Shown one piece after another: positions 18,268 through 28,249 of a stretch of 64,000 bases of DNA. Source of the stretch: Bryobacterales bacterium (GTDB lineage Bacteria; Acidobacteriota; Terriglobia; Bryobacterales; UBA6623); assembly GCA_965206025.1 (NCBI GenBank), contig CBDBIU010000004.1, positions 583,342 through 647,341 on the forward strand, in the 5' to 3' direction. Below the pieces are notes generated by a model. The model saw only the letters and a program-made list of their open reading frames with translations. It made no database searches and was not told where the DNA came from. The translations under genes were made by a program, and so were the position numbers. Within the stretch, counting starts at the first letter, position 1. Each line of letters starts with the position of its first letter.

Positions 18268-19383
18268 ATGAAATCGGGCAAACCGTACTACATCTGGGGC
18301 TACGGTTCCTACGCTGACGTCCCTCGGAGCGGTACAATACTAATCGTGACGCCCACCCTTGGCGGTATACGATCTTTGGCCTTGACGCTGATTGTGGCCG
18401 TTACGGCCTTGCCGCTGGCTGGCCAGACCTCGCTGCATCTCTCAAACGTGCGCCAGCTTACATTCGGAGGCCAAAACGCAGAGGCTTATTGGTCGCCCGA
18501 CGGGGGCCGGCTCATTTTCCAATCCACTCGTGAGGGAAACGCCTGCGACCAGATCTACCTCATGAACGCGGACGGCTCGGGGATCGAGCGCGTCTCGACC
18601 GGAAAAGGCGCAACCACCTGCGGATATTTTCTTCCCGAGGGCAAGGGGATTATCTATGCCTCGACGCACGCGGGCCAGGCGGAGTGTCCGCCGCGCCCTG
18701 ACCGCAGCCAGGGTTACCTCTGGGCCGTGCATGAAACCTACGAGATCTACGTCGCGGATGGCGACGGGAGCAACCCGCGAAAGCTCACCGAAACTCTAGG
18801 ATACGACGCCGAGGCTACCGTCAACTGGAAAACCGGCCAAGTTATTTATACCTCGAAGGCGTCCGGCGATCTGGATCTGTGGTCCATGGATCTCGATGGG
18901 GCAAATAAGCGGCGACTCACGAAAACTTTGGGCTATGACGGAGGGGCGTTTTTTTCACCGGCCGGCGACAAGATCGTCTGGCGAGCTCATCATCCAACCG
19001 AAGCCCAGCAGATCAAGCGCTACCGTGATCTGCTGGCCCAGAATCTGACGGCGCCCATGAAAATGGAACTGTTTGTCGCCAACTCCGACGGCTCCGATGC
19101 GCGCCGGATCACGAACTTCGGTTGTGCCAGCTTCGCGCCGCAGTTCACCCCCGATGGCCGGCGCATCATCTTCTCCTCGAACAAGAACCGCTGCGACAGC
19201 CGTGAGTTTGAGCTTTTTCTGATTGACCTCGACGGGAACAACCTCGAGCAGATCAGCGACTTCGGCGGTTTTACGTCCTTTGCCGAGTTTTCCCCGGACG
19301 GGGAAAAGCTGGTGTTCACCTCGAGCCACAACGCCAAGAGCCGCTACGAATTCAACATCTTTGTGGCCGATTGGCAGCCGTAG
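18268..19383 (+). CDS. TolB-like periplasmic beta-propeller protein (PD40/WD40-like repeats)
   Basis: Repeated PD40-type units (AYWSPDGGRLIFQS, FFSPAGDKIVWRA, PQFTPDGRRIIFSS, EFSPDGEKLVFTS). I chose the ATG at 18268. The upstream extension to 18097 overlaps the smc start. Confidence 0.8.
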   Translation: MKSGKPYYIWGYGSYADVPRSGTILIVTPTLGGIRSLALTLIVAVTALPLAGQTSLHLSNVRQLTFGGQNAEAYWSPDGGRLIFQSTREGNACDQIYLMNADGSGIERVSTGKGATTCGYFLPEGKGIIYASTHAGQAECPPRPDRSQGYLWAVHETYEIYVADGDGSNPRKLTETLGYDAEATVNWKTGQVIYTSKASGDLDLWSMDLDGANKRRLTKTLGYDGGAFFSPAGDKIVWRAHHPTEAQQIKRYRDLLAQNLTAPMKMELFVANSDGSDARRITNFGCASFAPQFTPDGRRIIFSSNKNRCDSREFELFLIDLDGNNLEQISDFGGFTSFAEFSPDGEKLVFTSSHNAKSRYEFNIFVADWQP

Positions 19384-19746
19384 ACGGCCACGCCGGAGGT
19401 GCCTGCGTCATGCAACGACCTCCCGAGCGTGCCAGACGGAGCCGCGGGCGCGAGCCTGCGGTCCAGGTGCCAATGACCTCTTCGATGCGACAAGCCGTTG
19501 TGCTCAACGCGGTGCCCCTTCCGAGCCGCGCGCGTCAGCAAGCGGTCCAGTGTTGCCATGCCACGCCGGAGGTGCCTGGGTCATGCAACGACCCGGTGTG
19601 CTCACGAGGCCTCGACCGCGCCTCAGGGCGCGATTGATAGCACCCGTTTGCCGACAAAGGGTACGCTGGCCGATGTGCATGAACTGTTGCCGCGAGCCAT
19701 GGCCGCCGGGTTTTTCACCGCGGCTGTGGTGAGAAAAGCGGGCTAG
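19384..19746. repeat. Composite of degenerate repeat units ending in a MITE-type terminus
   Basis: The direct repeat GCCACGCCGGAGGTGCCTG(C/G)GTCATGCAACGACC occurs at ~19388 and ~19558. Internal stretches (CCGTTGTGCTCAACGCGGTG, CCGAGCCGCGCGCG) resemble the core of the 200-bp MITE. The block ends with GTGGTGAGAAAAGCGGGCTAG (19726-19746), a MITE right terminus. Confidence 0.55.
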
Positions 19747-19835
19747 TATCCGCCGAGTCGCTCCGCACCTCCCCTGCTTGGCGAGCAATCCGGACATTCG
19801 TTCCCTGCTTCGCGGGCCACGTTATACTCGAAACA

Positions 19836-20900
19836 GTGCCGCTTGCCCCGATTAATACGCGTGCGTTTCAAAGGGTCGTTACCTGGGCCCTGGCCTTGCT
19901 GGTGATCTACTTTTTGTACCGCGTCGTGAAACCTTTCTTGATTCCACTGACCTGGGCCGCCGTGCTTTCTATTTTCTTCTTTCCGCTGCACCGGCGGGTT
20001 CGCTCGTGGCTCCCCCGCCCCAACGTGTGTGCGTTGATTAGCGTGACGGCCGTGACCATTGTGCTGTTGGCGCCGCTGGCTTGGCTCGTACCCGCTTTTG
20101 TCAAAGAGGCCGTGTCGGTGGCAGGATCCATTCCGACCGAAGAGGCTCTTCCGAAAATGAAATCCCTGCTCGAGGGGTTATTTGCCCGGGCGCCGGTTCC
20201 GCTGGGGAACTTCGAGGAGATCGTTCGTGAAGTAAGCCAGAAGGCAGGCGCCCTGCTGGCGCAGCAGTCCGCCCGGCTGGCGGGCAACGTAGCCCTATTC
20301 GTCTTCCACCTGATCGTCATGCTGCTGGCGATGTTTTATCTATTCCGCGACGGTCCCAAGCTGTTGCAGCTGCTCAAAGACATCTCACCGTTGGGCGGGG
20401 CGCACAGCGATCACATGATCCAAGAAGTGACGGAGATGATTTCGGTTACGCTCTCGAGCGGATTTTTCGTTGCCGGCGTGCAGGGATTACTGGGAGGAAT
20501 AATTCTTTGGGCGTTGAGTATGCCCTCGCCGGTTTTCTGGGGGGTGGTGATGGGGTTTCTGGCCTTCCTGCCGGTCGTGGGGCCATGGCTCATATGGGTT
20601 CCGGCGGCCATCGGGACGGCGCTCAACGGAGACACGGTGCGCGCGGTGGCGCTGGTCGTGCTTGGTTTTATCCTGGTGAGCGGTGCGGACAACGTTCTTC
20701 GGCCCATCTTGATCGCCGGCAGGGCGCAGATCAACGGTTTGTTGGTGTTTGTCAGCGTCCTCGGCGGCATTCAGGCTTTTGGTTTTTTGGGCGTCGTGCT
20801 CGGTCCGCTGGTCGTGGCTACGGCCGCCGGCATGCTGAAGGGCTATCGCGAAAGCTTGCGGCAGACCGAGGCCCTGCCGCCTATTTCCGAGGCCGCTTAG
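19836..20900 (+). CDS. AI-2E family transporter (PerM/UPF0118-type permease)
   Basis: 354-aa polytopic membrane protein with the family-typical C-terminal half (FLPVVGPWLIWVPAAI...VSGADNVLRPILIAGRAQINGLLVFVSVLGGIQAFGFLGVVLGP). Confidence 0.85.
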   Translation: MPLAPINTRAFQRVVTWALALLVIYFLYRVVKPFLIPLTWAAVLSIFFFPLHRRVRSWLPRPNVCALISVTAVTIVLLAPLAWLVPAFVKEAVSVAGSIPTEEALPKMKSLLEGLFARAPVPLGNFEEIVREVSQKAGALLAQQSARLAGNVALFVFHLIVMLLAMFYLFRDGPKLLQLLKDISPLGGAHSDHMIQEVTEMISVTLSSGFFVAGVQGLLGGIILWALSMPSPVFWGVVMGFLAFLPVVGPWLIWVPAAIGTALNGDTVRAVALVVLGFILVSGADNVLRPILIAGRAQINGLLVFVSVLGGIQAFGFLGVVLGPLVVATAAGMLKGYRESLRQTEALPPISEAA

Positions 20901-21093
20901 GGCACGTTTCCGCCACCTGGCCGTCGAAGCGCCCGATAGCCCCCCGTTCTTTGCTGGGCTTGTTCGCCGTGCTCAACGTAGGGTTCAAGTACACCCGCGC
21001 TATTCACGAAACGGGGCGCCGAGCGTCTCGTGCCTTATGCTGACCCGCCTCTTACACACTTCGCCTCGCCACGTGGGAAGAAATGCGGCTTAG
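20897..21093 (+). mobile_element. ~200-bp MITE-like element, copy B (diverged)
   Basis: Same architecture as copy A with no indels through the core. It is flanked by TTAG on both sides (20897-20900 and 21090-21093). The left TTAG contains the TAG stop codon of the AI-2E gene. Confidence 0.65.
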
Positions 21094-21133
21094 GACGCTG
21101 TTGGAATGTTGGTGGGGAAGATCACAAATCGCG

Positions 21134-21162
21134 TTGACTCTCCGACTGACGTCGGCTATATT
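21134..21162 (+). promoter_or_regulatory. Candidate sigma-70-type promoter upstream of rpsA
   Basis: TTGACT (21134-21139), a 17-nt spacer, then TATATT (21157-21162), about 200 nt upstream of the rpsA start. This is a sequence match only. Confidence 0.4.
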
Positions 21163-21361
21163 TAAGTCACTCGCGGCCCCGGAATCGGGTTGAGGCTTCT
21201 CTGCTGAGAAGAATCGGGGCGGCGGGGCGTAGTCTCGCAAAAGCAAACGAAATATTGCCTTCGGCGATGCGCGGTTTGTTTGAGTGCGCTGAGTTGCTTA
21301 TGATAGGGACGGGTGCGTTCGGCGACGGACACATCTTTTTGGTGCATGGGAGAGGTTTGGC

Positions 21362-23209
21362 TTGGCTTCGGACAATCCCCTGACGTCCGGCGAAACGGAA
21401 CCGGCTGGTCAGGACGCGCGCCCTTCCGCGGGGCCGTCCGAAGCGTTCGAGGCGAGGTCGCGGCTCGAAAACGGGGAGCTGCCAAGCCCGGGCGCCCCAG
21501 GCGAACTTCCGTTACCTTCAAGCAGCGAAACGAACGGATACGAAGGGCAACACGCCGAGCCGGTCGCCGCTGACGATCCCGTCTACGAAGAGCCGCCCAG
21601 TGATTATTCCGAGTTGGGGAAAGTTCGACAGGGAGAGTTGTGCCGAGGCCGCGTTGTGGGCATCCTGGCGGAAGGCGCGGTCGTCGACATAGGAGGAAAG
21701 ACCGAGGGTCTCATCCCCAGCTCCGATTTTGGCGACAGCGACGCCGAGTCCGGCCTTGCGCCGGGCGACGAGATCGAAGTCTTTGTCGTCAGTCGGGCCG
21801 CGGCGGGCGACTATGTGGCTTTGTCCTATGAGCGCGCCCGCCGACTGCGCGCTTGGGAGAAGGTGGAGCAAGCCTACCGCGGACGCCAGACCCTCGGGGC
21901 GCGAGTCGTCGGGAGGGTGAAAGGCGGCTTGAGCGTGGACCTGGGGATTCCCGCTTTCTTGCCCGGATCGCAGGCGGATCTGGACTCCTCGATCGATCTG
22001 GACGGAATCGTCGGAGAACAGATAGAAGTTCGCATCGTCAAGCTGAACCGCGGTCGCGGCAATTTGGTCGTCTCCCGGCGGCAAGTATTGGAAGAGGAGT
22101 TGCGGGCGCGAAGGAAAGCGACGCTGGCAAAGCTCGGCGAGGGCGGTGTCATCACAGGGACTGTCAAGAGCCTTGCCGGCTACGGGGCCTTCGTGGACCT
22201 GGGAGGTCTCGACGCCTTGCTCCACGTCACCGACATCTCGTATCGACGCATCCAAGGCCCTTCCGAGGTCCTCAGTGTAGGCGACGAAATCACCGCCAAG
22301 GTACTTCGTTTCGATCCCCGACGTGAGCGAGTTTCACTGAGCCTGAAGCAGCTCCAACCCGATCCCTGGCAGGGCGCCCAAGAAAGGTACAAGCAGGGCG
22401 ATCGGGTCTCCGGGTGCGTGGCGAGCGTCACCGACTACGGCATCTTTGTCGAACTGGAGCCGGGCGTCGAAGGCCTTGTCCACACCTCGGAGATCAGTTG
22501 GTCTCGGCGCGCGAAGCATCCCTCGAAAGTGGCCAAGCCGGGGGAGGATCTCAGCACGATTATTTTGAGCGTGGACCAAAAACACCGCCGTGTTTCGCTG
22601 AGCGTCAAGCGCCTGCGGCCCGACCCGTGGACCGAGGCGTCTACGCGCTATCCTGCCGGATCAATCGTTGAAGGCAAGGTGAGAAACTTGGCCGCTTTTG
22701 GCGCTTTCGTGGAAATCGAAGAAGGGCTGGACGGGTTATTGCATATTTCCGACCTCACATGGGATGGCGGGGTAAAGCACCCGCGCGAGGCTGTGCGGAA
22801 GGGTCAGAAGGTGCAGGCCGTCGTTCTGCGCGTCGACGAGGAGAACCGTCGTGTTTCGCTTGGCCTCAAGCAGCTTCAGTCCGATCAGTGGGATCTATTC
22901 TTCTCCCAATACATGATCGGTGACACGATCCGAGGAGCTGTCAAACGACGGACGAACTTCGGCGCCTTCGTCGAGCTGGCGCCGGGCGTCCAGGGCCTCT
23001 GTCACCGTTCAGAGCTTCCGGGAGACTCTCATAAGAAACGGACGAATCCACTCCGGATGGGCCAAGAGTATGAGTTCAAGATCATTCGCCTTGACGAGTT
23101 CGAAAAGAGAATCGGACTGCGGTTTCACTCGGCGGTCCCTAGCAACGGCGAGGCCGCGGCCAAGCCCCCGCAGGTGGGGCGACCGCCTTCGGCAACCGGC
23201 CGGACATAA
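21362..23209 (+). CDS. rpsA: 30S ribosomal protein S1
   Basis: 615 aa with six tandem S1 domains (repeated G-x-V-x-x-[IV]-x-x-[YF]G-[AI]FV-[DE]L-x-G-x-[DE]G-L-[LIV]H units), preceded by an ~85-aa acidic/Pro-rich N-terminal extension. ihfB follows, as in the widespread rpsA-ihfB arrangement. TTG start. Confidence 0.92.
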   Translation: MASDNPLTSGETEPAGQDARPSAGPSEAFEARSRLENGELPSPGAPGELPLPSSSETNGYEGQHAEPVAADDPVYEEPPSDYSELGKVRQGELCRGRVVGILAEGAVVDIGGKTEGLIPSSDFGDSDAESGLAPGDEIEVFVVSRAAAGDYVALSYERARRLRAWEKVEQAYRGRQTLGARVVGRVKGGLSVDLGIPAFLPGSQADLDSSIDLDGIVGEQIEVRIVKLNRGRGNLVVSRRQVLEEELRARRKATLAKLGEGGVITGTVKSLAGYGAFVDLGGLDALLHVTDISYRRIQGPSEVLSVGDEITAKVLRFDPRRERVSLSLKQLQPDPWQGAQERYKQGDRVSGCVASVTDYGIFVELEPGVEGLVHTSEISWSRRAKHPSKVAKPGEDLSTIILSVDQKHRRVSLSVKRLRPDPWTEASTRYPAGSIVEGKVRNLAAFGAFVEIEEGLDGLLHISDLTWDGGVKHPREAVRKGQKVQAVVLRVDEENRRVSLGLKQLQSDQWDLFFSQYMIGDTIRGAVKRRTNFGAFVELAPGVQGLCHRSELPGDSHKKRTNPLRMGQEYEFKIIRLDEFEKRIGLRFHSAVPSNGEAAAKPPQVGRPPSATGRT

Positions 23210-23372
23210 GCCGCCGGCGAACGCGAGGACATAGGGTCGCCGCAGCAAGTCCCTCAGCGAAGTTACTGAAAGCAACGGGTTGCCAGTCGTGCTATGATCC
23301 CTCGGTATAGGCAGTCTGTTAGGCAGGCGGGTTCGAGCGGATGTAGAGTCTGCAGGGAGAAAAAGGGGTGAT

Positions 23373-23705
23373 ATGACCAAAGCGGATTTAATCGAGGAAG
23401 TCTCTCGCGTGGTGGAAGTCACCCGCAAGGATTCTGAAGTCATCGTGGAGACGATTTTTGACAGCGTCGTCCAGTCGCTGCGAAAGCGCGAGAAGGTAGA
23501 GGTGCGAGGCTTTGGGAGCTTTCGTACCCGCGAGCGGCAGGGTCGGATGGGGCGAAATCCCAAGTCCGGCGCCAAAGTGGAAGTTCCTCCCAAGACGATT
23601 CCGTTCTTCAAACCGAGCAAGGAACTGCGCGATGTCGTGAACGGAGGCCCGCCTCCGCCGGCGACACCCGTTGAACCAAGGCCCAGCTTCGAAGACCCCA
23701 GCTGA
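23373..23705 (+). CDS. ihfB: Integration host factor beta-like / HU-family DNA-binding protein
   Basis: 110 aa. MTKADLIEEV...VEVRGFGSFRTRERQGRMGRNPKSGAKVEVPPKTIPFFKPSKELRD matches the IHF-beta pattern (RGFGSF...GRNPKTG...FKPGKELRD). Its position directly after rpsA supports the call. Confidence 0.8.
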   Translation: MTKADLIEEVSRVVEVTRKDSEVIVETIFDSVVQSLRKREKVEVRGFGSFRTRERQGRMGRNPKSGAKVEVPPKTIPFFKPSKELRDVVNGGPPPPATPVEPRPSFEDPS

Positions 23706-23796
23706 CGCGCGGTGGACGATCCGCCCGCCCGCCGCGCTGTTTCCGCCCTCCCATAGCCGGGAAAACCGAGCCGCCGGCTTTCCGGATGGAGTTGTG

Positions 23797-24288
23797 ATGG
23801 ACTACATCTGGAGCCCCTGGAGATACCACTACGTCAAGCAAGCGGACAAAGAATCCCGCTGTGTCTTCTGTGAGATTCACACCGCGCACGACGATGAAAA
23901 CAACCTGGTCGTATTTCGCGGCCAATCGAACTTCATCGTCCTGAATCGTTACCCCTACACCAGTGGCCACGTGATGATCGTCCCCACGGCTCATGTTGCG
24001 ACCGTCGAAGGCGCGGCGGTCGAAGCGCTGGAAGAGATGATGCGGCTTGCCCGCCGGGCCGAGTCTGCTCTCCGCAAGCTCTACAAGCCCGACGGGCTGA
24101 ACCTTGGCATGAATATCGGCAAGGCCGCCGGGGCCGGGATCGGCGGTCACATCCATCTACACGTGCTGCCCCGTTGGATAGCCGACAACAACTTTGTCAC
24201 CGTGGTGGGCGAAACTCGCGTCCTCCCCGAAGAGCTGCCGGAAACGTGGCGTCGCCTCCACGCCGAGTTCCACCCCCCCTCTGCATGA
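23797..24288 (+). CDS. HIT family protein (Ap4A phosphorylase / nucleotidyl hydrolase-like)
   Basis: Histidine triad GGHIHLHVLPRW, with CVFC and NRYPYTSGHVMIVP upstream. I chose the ATG at 23797. The longer ORF from 23671 overlaps ihfB. Confidence 0.8.
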   Translation: MDYIWSPWRYHYVKQADKESRCVFCEIHTAHDDENNLVVFRGQSNFIVLNRYPYTSGHVMIVPTAHVATVEGAAVEALEEMMRLARRAESALRKLYKPDGLNLGMNIGKAAGAGIGGHIHLHVLPRWIADNNFVTVVGETRVLPEELPETWRRLHAEFHPPSA

Positions 24289-24384
24289 AAGCGCTCCCCG
24301 CGGTCCTGGCCGTCGCGGCGCTCAGCGTAGCCCCCATTTCCGCTTCCCTCAACCGTTCGCAAAACCACTCCTGAGAAAAACAGG

Positions 24385-25860
24385 TTAGGCGCCGAGCGGG
24401 CCGTCGATGAGATTGCCGACGACTTTAGCGCCGGTGAGGGGAATATCGGTTAGCGTTTCAGCGCGCCCGTGACGCTGGTAGGTGAGACGGCTGTGGTCGA
24501 GGCCGAGCTGGTGAAGGATGGTGGCGTGAAGATCGGAGACGCCTACTCGGTCTTGGACCGAACGGTAGCCGAAATCGTCGGTGGCGCCGTGAATGTGGCC
24601 TCCCTTGAAGCCGCCGCCTGCTAGCCACAGGCTGAAGGCGTTGCGGTTGTGGTCACGTCCCGAGCCGTTTTGCGAAACCGGCAAACGGCCGAATTCCCCG
24701 CCCCACCAGACGATCGTGCTGTCCAACAGGCCGCGGCTTTTGAGGTCATGGATCAGCCCGTGTACGAGCAGTTCCGTCTGCCGGCAGATCTTGTCGATCT
24801 CGGTCCGCGTATTTAGGTGGCTGTCCCAGGGCTGGGTCGAGCACTTCGCCGGCGGAAAGATCTGGACGAAGCGCACACCGGCTTCGACCAGCCGGCGGGC
24901 CATTAGGCAGCGGGTGGCGTGCCCGGCGGTGACGGGGTTGTCCATGCCATACATCTTCTTGGTCGCCTCGGTTTCCTTGCCGATGTCCAGCACGTCGCCG
25001 GCGGCCAACTGCATCCGTGCCGCCAGCTCGTAGTTCATGATCCGAACCTGAAGTTCCGAGTCGTGGGGATACTTCTTGCGATGCTGTTCGTTGAGTTTAG
25101 CTAGGAGATCTAGGTTCTCCCGCTGCGTTTGCTGGGGCACAATGGGATTCAAATTCAACACCGGCGCACCCTCGGTGCTAAACTCCGTCCCGCGATAGGT
25201 GGCCGGCATCCAGCCGTTGTTCCAGAGCAGATTGCCGCTGGTGTTGTAGCCCGCCGGATCTCGCAGCACGATGAACGCGGGCAAGTTCTGATTCTCTGTC
25301 CCTAGCCCGTAGCCCTAGCCCGTAGCTAACCCAGCACCCGATCCCCGGCCGGCCGGGGAAGATCTTCCCCGTCACATACATAATCAGGGCTTCCGTGTGG
25401 TTGTTGTGCCCGTATGCATGGACCGCACGAGGCAAATGTCGTCCACGTACTTCGGTGTATGGGTGAGTGCCTCGGAAAGCTCCATGCCGCACGCACCGTG
25501 TTTCTGAAACTCAAACGGGCTGGCCATTAGCTCGTTGGCCTCGCTGCCCGTTTGGAACATCTCCACCTTCTCGTTGTGTCTCTGGCCGTCATGTTTCTGC
25601 AGCTCGGGCTTGGGGTCAAACAAGTCCATCTGGCTGGGCCCGCCGTTCTGGACAATCTGAATCACGGCCCTCGCCTTAGCCGGAAAATGCCCGGGTTTCG
25701 GTTCCAGATTCGCCTCGTTTCGATTGGCGGCGCCCGCCAGACCGTCGGCGTTGAGCAGATACGACAAGGCAACGCTGCCGAAGCCCAAGTCCGACATTTG
25801 CAACAGCTCGCGTCGAGAAGGAAGTGGCGACAGCGGACTCAGCCGATTCAAGTTGCGCAT
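24385..25860 (-). pseudogene. DUF1501 (sulfatase-like) protein gene disrupted by two frameshifts
   Basis: Family sequence is spread over three reading frames. The N-terminus (Tat-like RRELLQM...VRSMHTG) is in ORF 25384..25860. The middle (HNNHTEALIMYVTGKIFPGRPGIGCWVSYGLG) is in ORF 25178..25492. The C-terminus (LPAFIVLRDPAGYN...GGEFGRLP...RDHN) is in ORF 24385..25284. The shifts are at ~25408-25412 (1 nt) and at the 13-bp tandem duplication at 25300-25325. Confidence 0.8.
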
Positions 25861-25868
25861 GGCCGCAC

Positions 25869-28111
25869 CTATTCCAGATACAAAAACTCGTTGGTGTTAA
25901 GTAGTGTGTGACACAGGCTGACCAAGGCGTTATCGGCAGCCTGCTCGGCCGGAACTTGGTCGGCCAGCTGCCGTGCAGCCTGTCGCTCGAACAACGCGGT
26001 ACTCCACCCCTTTTCTTTGGAAGTGGGCTTGCGCCCCAGCGCGATTCGAAATGCCAGGCCGATCTTTTCGCCTAAGGATCCCCCCGCGGACTTCTCCACG
26101 CGCTGGGCGAAATACTTCGCCTGGTCCATTACGAACTCGTCGTTAATCATGGCCAGCGACTGCAACACGACCGCCGAGGAGTCGCGCCGCGCGCAGATAG
26201 TCATGAGCACCGGCTGGTCGAAAACGGCGAGCAGGCTGTGGTTGTAGTTTCGCCGTGCGTAGATATACAGGCTTCGACGCCACTGGCTGGTCGGAGTCGG
26301 CAGATCTTCGGTGGAAATGACAACCTTGCCGCCGGGCAGGATCTCGATCGGTATTGGATCGCCGCCGATCGTCCGATCCAACTTGCCGCCGGCTACCAGC
26401 ATGGCGTCGCGGATCGTCTCCGACTCCAGCCGGCGCAACGGCATCCGCCACAGCAGTTTATTCCCCGGATCGACCACAACCGGATCGGGATCACGAGTGC
26501 TCTCGTCTTCGGCGCGATAGGTGGCCTGCGTATAAACGCTTGATGTCATGATCTGCTTCAGCAGGGGCTTGATGTGCCAGCCGGAGTCGACGAACTCGCT
26601 GGCCAGCCATTCGAGCAGCTCCGGGTGCGTCGGCGGGACCCCGGAGCGGCCGAAATTGTCTGCCGTGGCCACAATGCCCTCGCCCAAAAGGTGCTGCCAC
26701 AGGCGGCTTACGGCCACCCGAGCGATCAGGGAGGACGCCGGTGTATCGTCCTTGGTGAGCCATTTAGCAAAGGCCAGGCGGCGGCCGCTGGTTTTCCCTT
26801 CGCGCCCGAGCTCTCGAAGCCAAGGTCTTGACCCGGTTCCGTGAGGACTGACAGGAAGCCCGGCTCGACTTCCCTCCCAGGATTCTTGAACTCTCCCCGC
26901 CGCAGCAAGTAGGCCGGCGACGGAGGTCCGACGTCATATACCGCTTGGATCGTGCCGTATTTTTTTCGTCGCACGTCGTAAAGATCGATTTGCCGCTGCA
27001 AGGCCTCCGCTCGAGCCTTGTCTTGCTCGTTTTTCTCCAAGGCGGCGTCGACTTCTTCCGCGGAGACCTTCAGCATCTTCCCCAACTTCGCGAAGAGGTA
27101 CTTCTGCAGGGCGGTGCGCTTTTCCGTGGGAGTTTGTACCGCCACCCGCGCGTCATCCCGCAGCGGGTCGGGGATAGCGGCCAGCTTCTCCTCCAAAAGG
27201 CGCTCTTCGTAGGGACGGCGCACCTCGGCCAACGGCTTGGTGAACGGCTCGGCCTGTTTGTCGATTTCCTCGTTGTGGCGCTCGATCTCCTTCTTCTCCG
27301 CTTCCGAGACATCCGGCAGCCGGCGCTCTTGGGGCTGTATCCATGACTGCGGATTGAAAGCCGGCGTGAAAATCGAAAGCAGCCGGTAATAATCCATGTG
27401 CGGGATGGGGTCGTACTTATGGCTGTGACATTTGGCGCAACCCACCGTGAACCCCAGTATGTTGCTCGACACGTTCCCGAGTGTGCGGTGCGCGATGCCG
27501 TAGCGCTGGTCGGCCGTATTCAACTCGCGCAAATCCGTGCGGTCGGGGGCCGAGCGCAGAAAACTGGTCGCGATAAGAAGCTCACGGATCTCGGGGGTGA
27601 ACTTCTCGGCGGAGCGCCAGTCGACCAGTTCATCGCCGGCCAGCTGCTCGGTGACGAAACGATCAAAGGGCTTGTCGTCGTCGAACGAGCGCACGACATA
27701 GTCGCGGTATCGCCACTTGCCTTCCGCATTAGTGATAATCGCGGCGTTATTGTCCATCCCGCGCGAGTCGGAATAGCCGCCCTGGTCGAGCCAGTGGCGC
27801 CCCCAGCGCTCGCCAAAGTGTGGCGAAGCGAGCAGGGTGTCCAGCAACCGCTCGTAGGCCTGCTTCGACGTGTCAGCGAGGAATTCGTCGATCTCTTCCG
27901 GGGAGGGCGGCAAACCTATAAGGTCGAAATAGGCCCGCCGGATCAGCGCGCGCTTGCCGGCTTCGGCGGAGAGTCCCAACCCCTTCTCTTCCAGTTTGGC
28001 GAGCACGAAGGCGTCGATCGGCGTACGGACCCGAGATTTCCGCCGCACCGCCGGCACTTTCGGGCGCGCCAGCTTCTGGAAAGCCCAGTATTGCCGATCT
28101 TCCTCGGCCAC
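25869..28111 (-). pseudogene. DUF1549/DUF1553 (PSCyt2/PSD1) protein gene, frameshifted and probably 5'-truncated
   Basis: DUF1549 part (IDAFVLAKLEEKGLGLSAEAGKRALIRRAYFDLIGLPPSPEEIDEFL...HFGERWGRHWLD) is in ORF 26726..28111. DUF1553 part (GRRLAFAKWLTKDDTPASSLIARVAVSRLWQHLLGEGIV...) is in a different frame (ORF 25869..26717 plus its open upstream extension). The frame change maps to the T4 run at 26792-26795. A DUF1501 gene follows, which is the usual pairing. Confidence 0.75.
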
Positions 28112-28249
28112 CTTCGGGACTTCGGTCTTGGTGACATCCCCATAGGTCCGGGAGGCCGGCAGGCCGGCGTCTACACTAACGCGGAGCGCCCGCTCTCCCG
28201 TTCCGGCTGAACCGGCACAAGAGCTGTCCAGGGACGATTAGGTGAAGCT

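Noticed and set aside
19388-19592. Possible CRISPR-like spaced repeat (34-nt unit repeated 170 bp apart)
   Set aside because: There are only two copies, the spacing is far larger than CRISPR spacers, and the intervening DNA resembles the MITE core. No cas genes are present. No other regularly spaced short repeats were seen anywhere in the window.
23320-23345. GGGTTCGAGC motif reminiscent of a tRNA T-arm (also GATTCGAAC at ~43590)
   Set aside because: There is no matching acceptor stem, D-arm or anticodon arm around either site. The second lies in the first codons of the protease gene. I found no tRNA or rRNA in the window.
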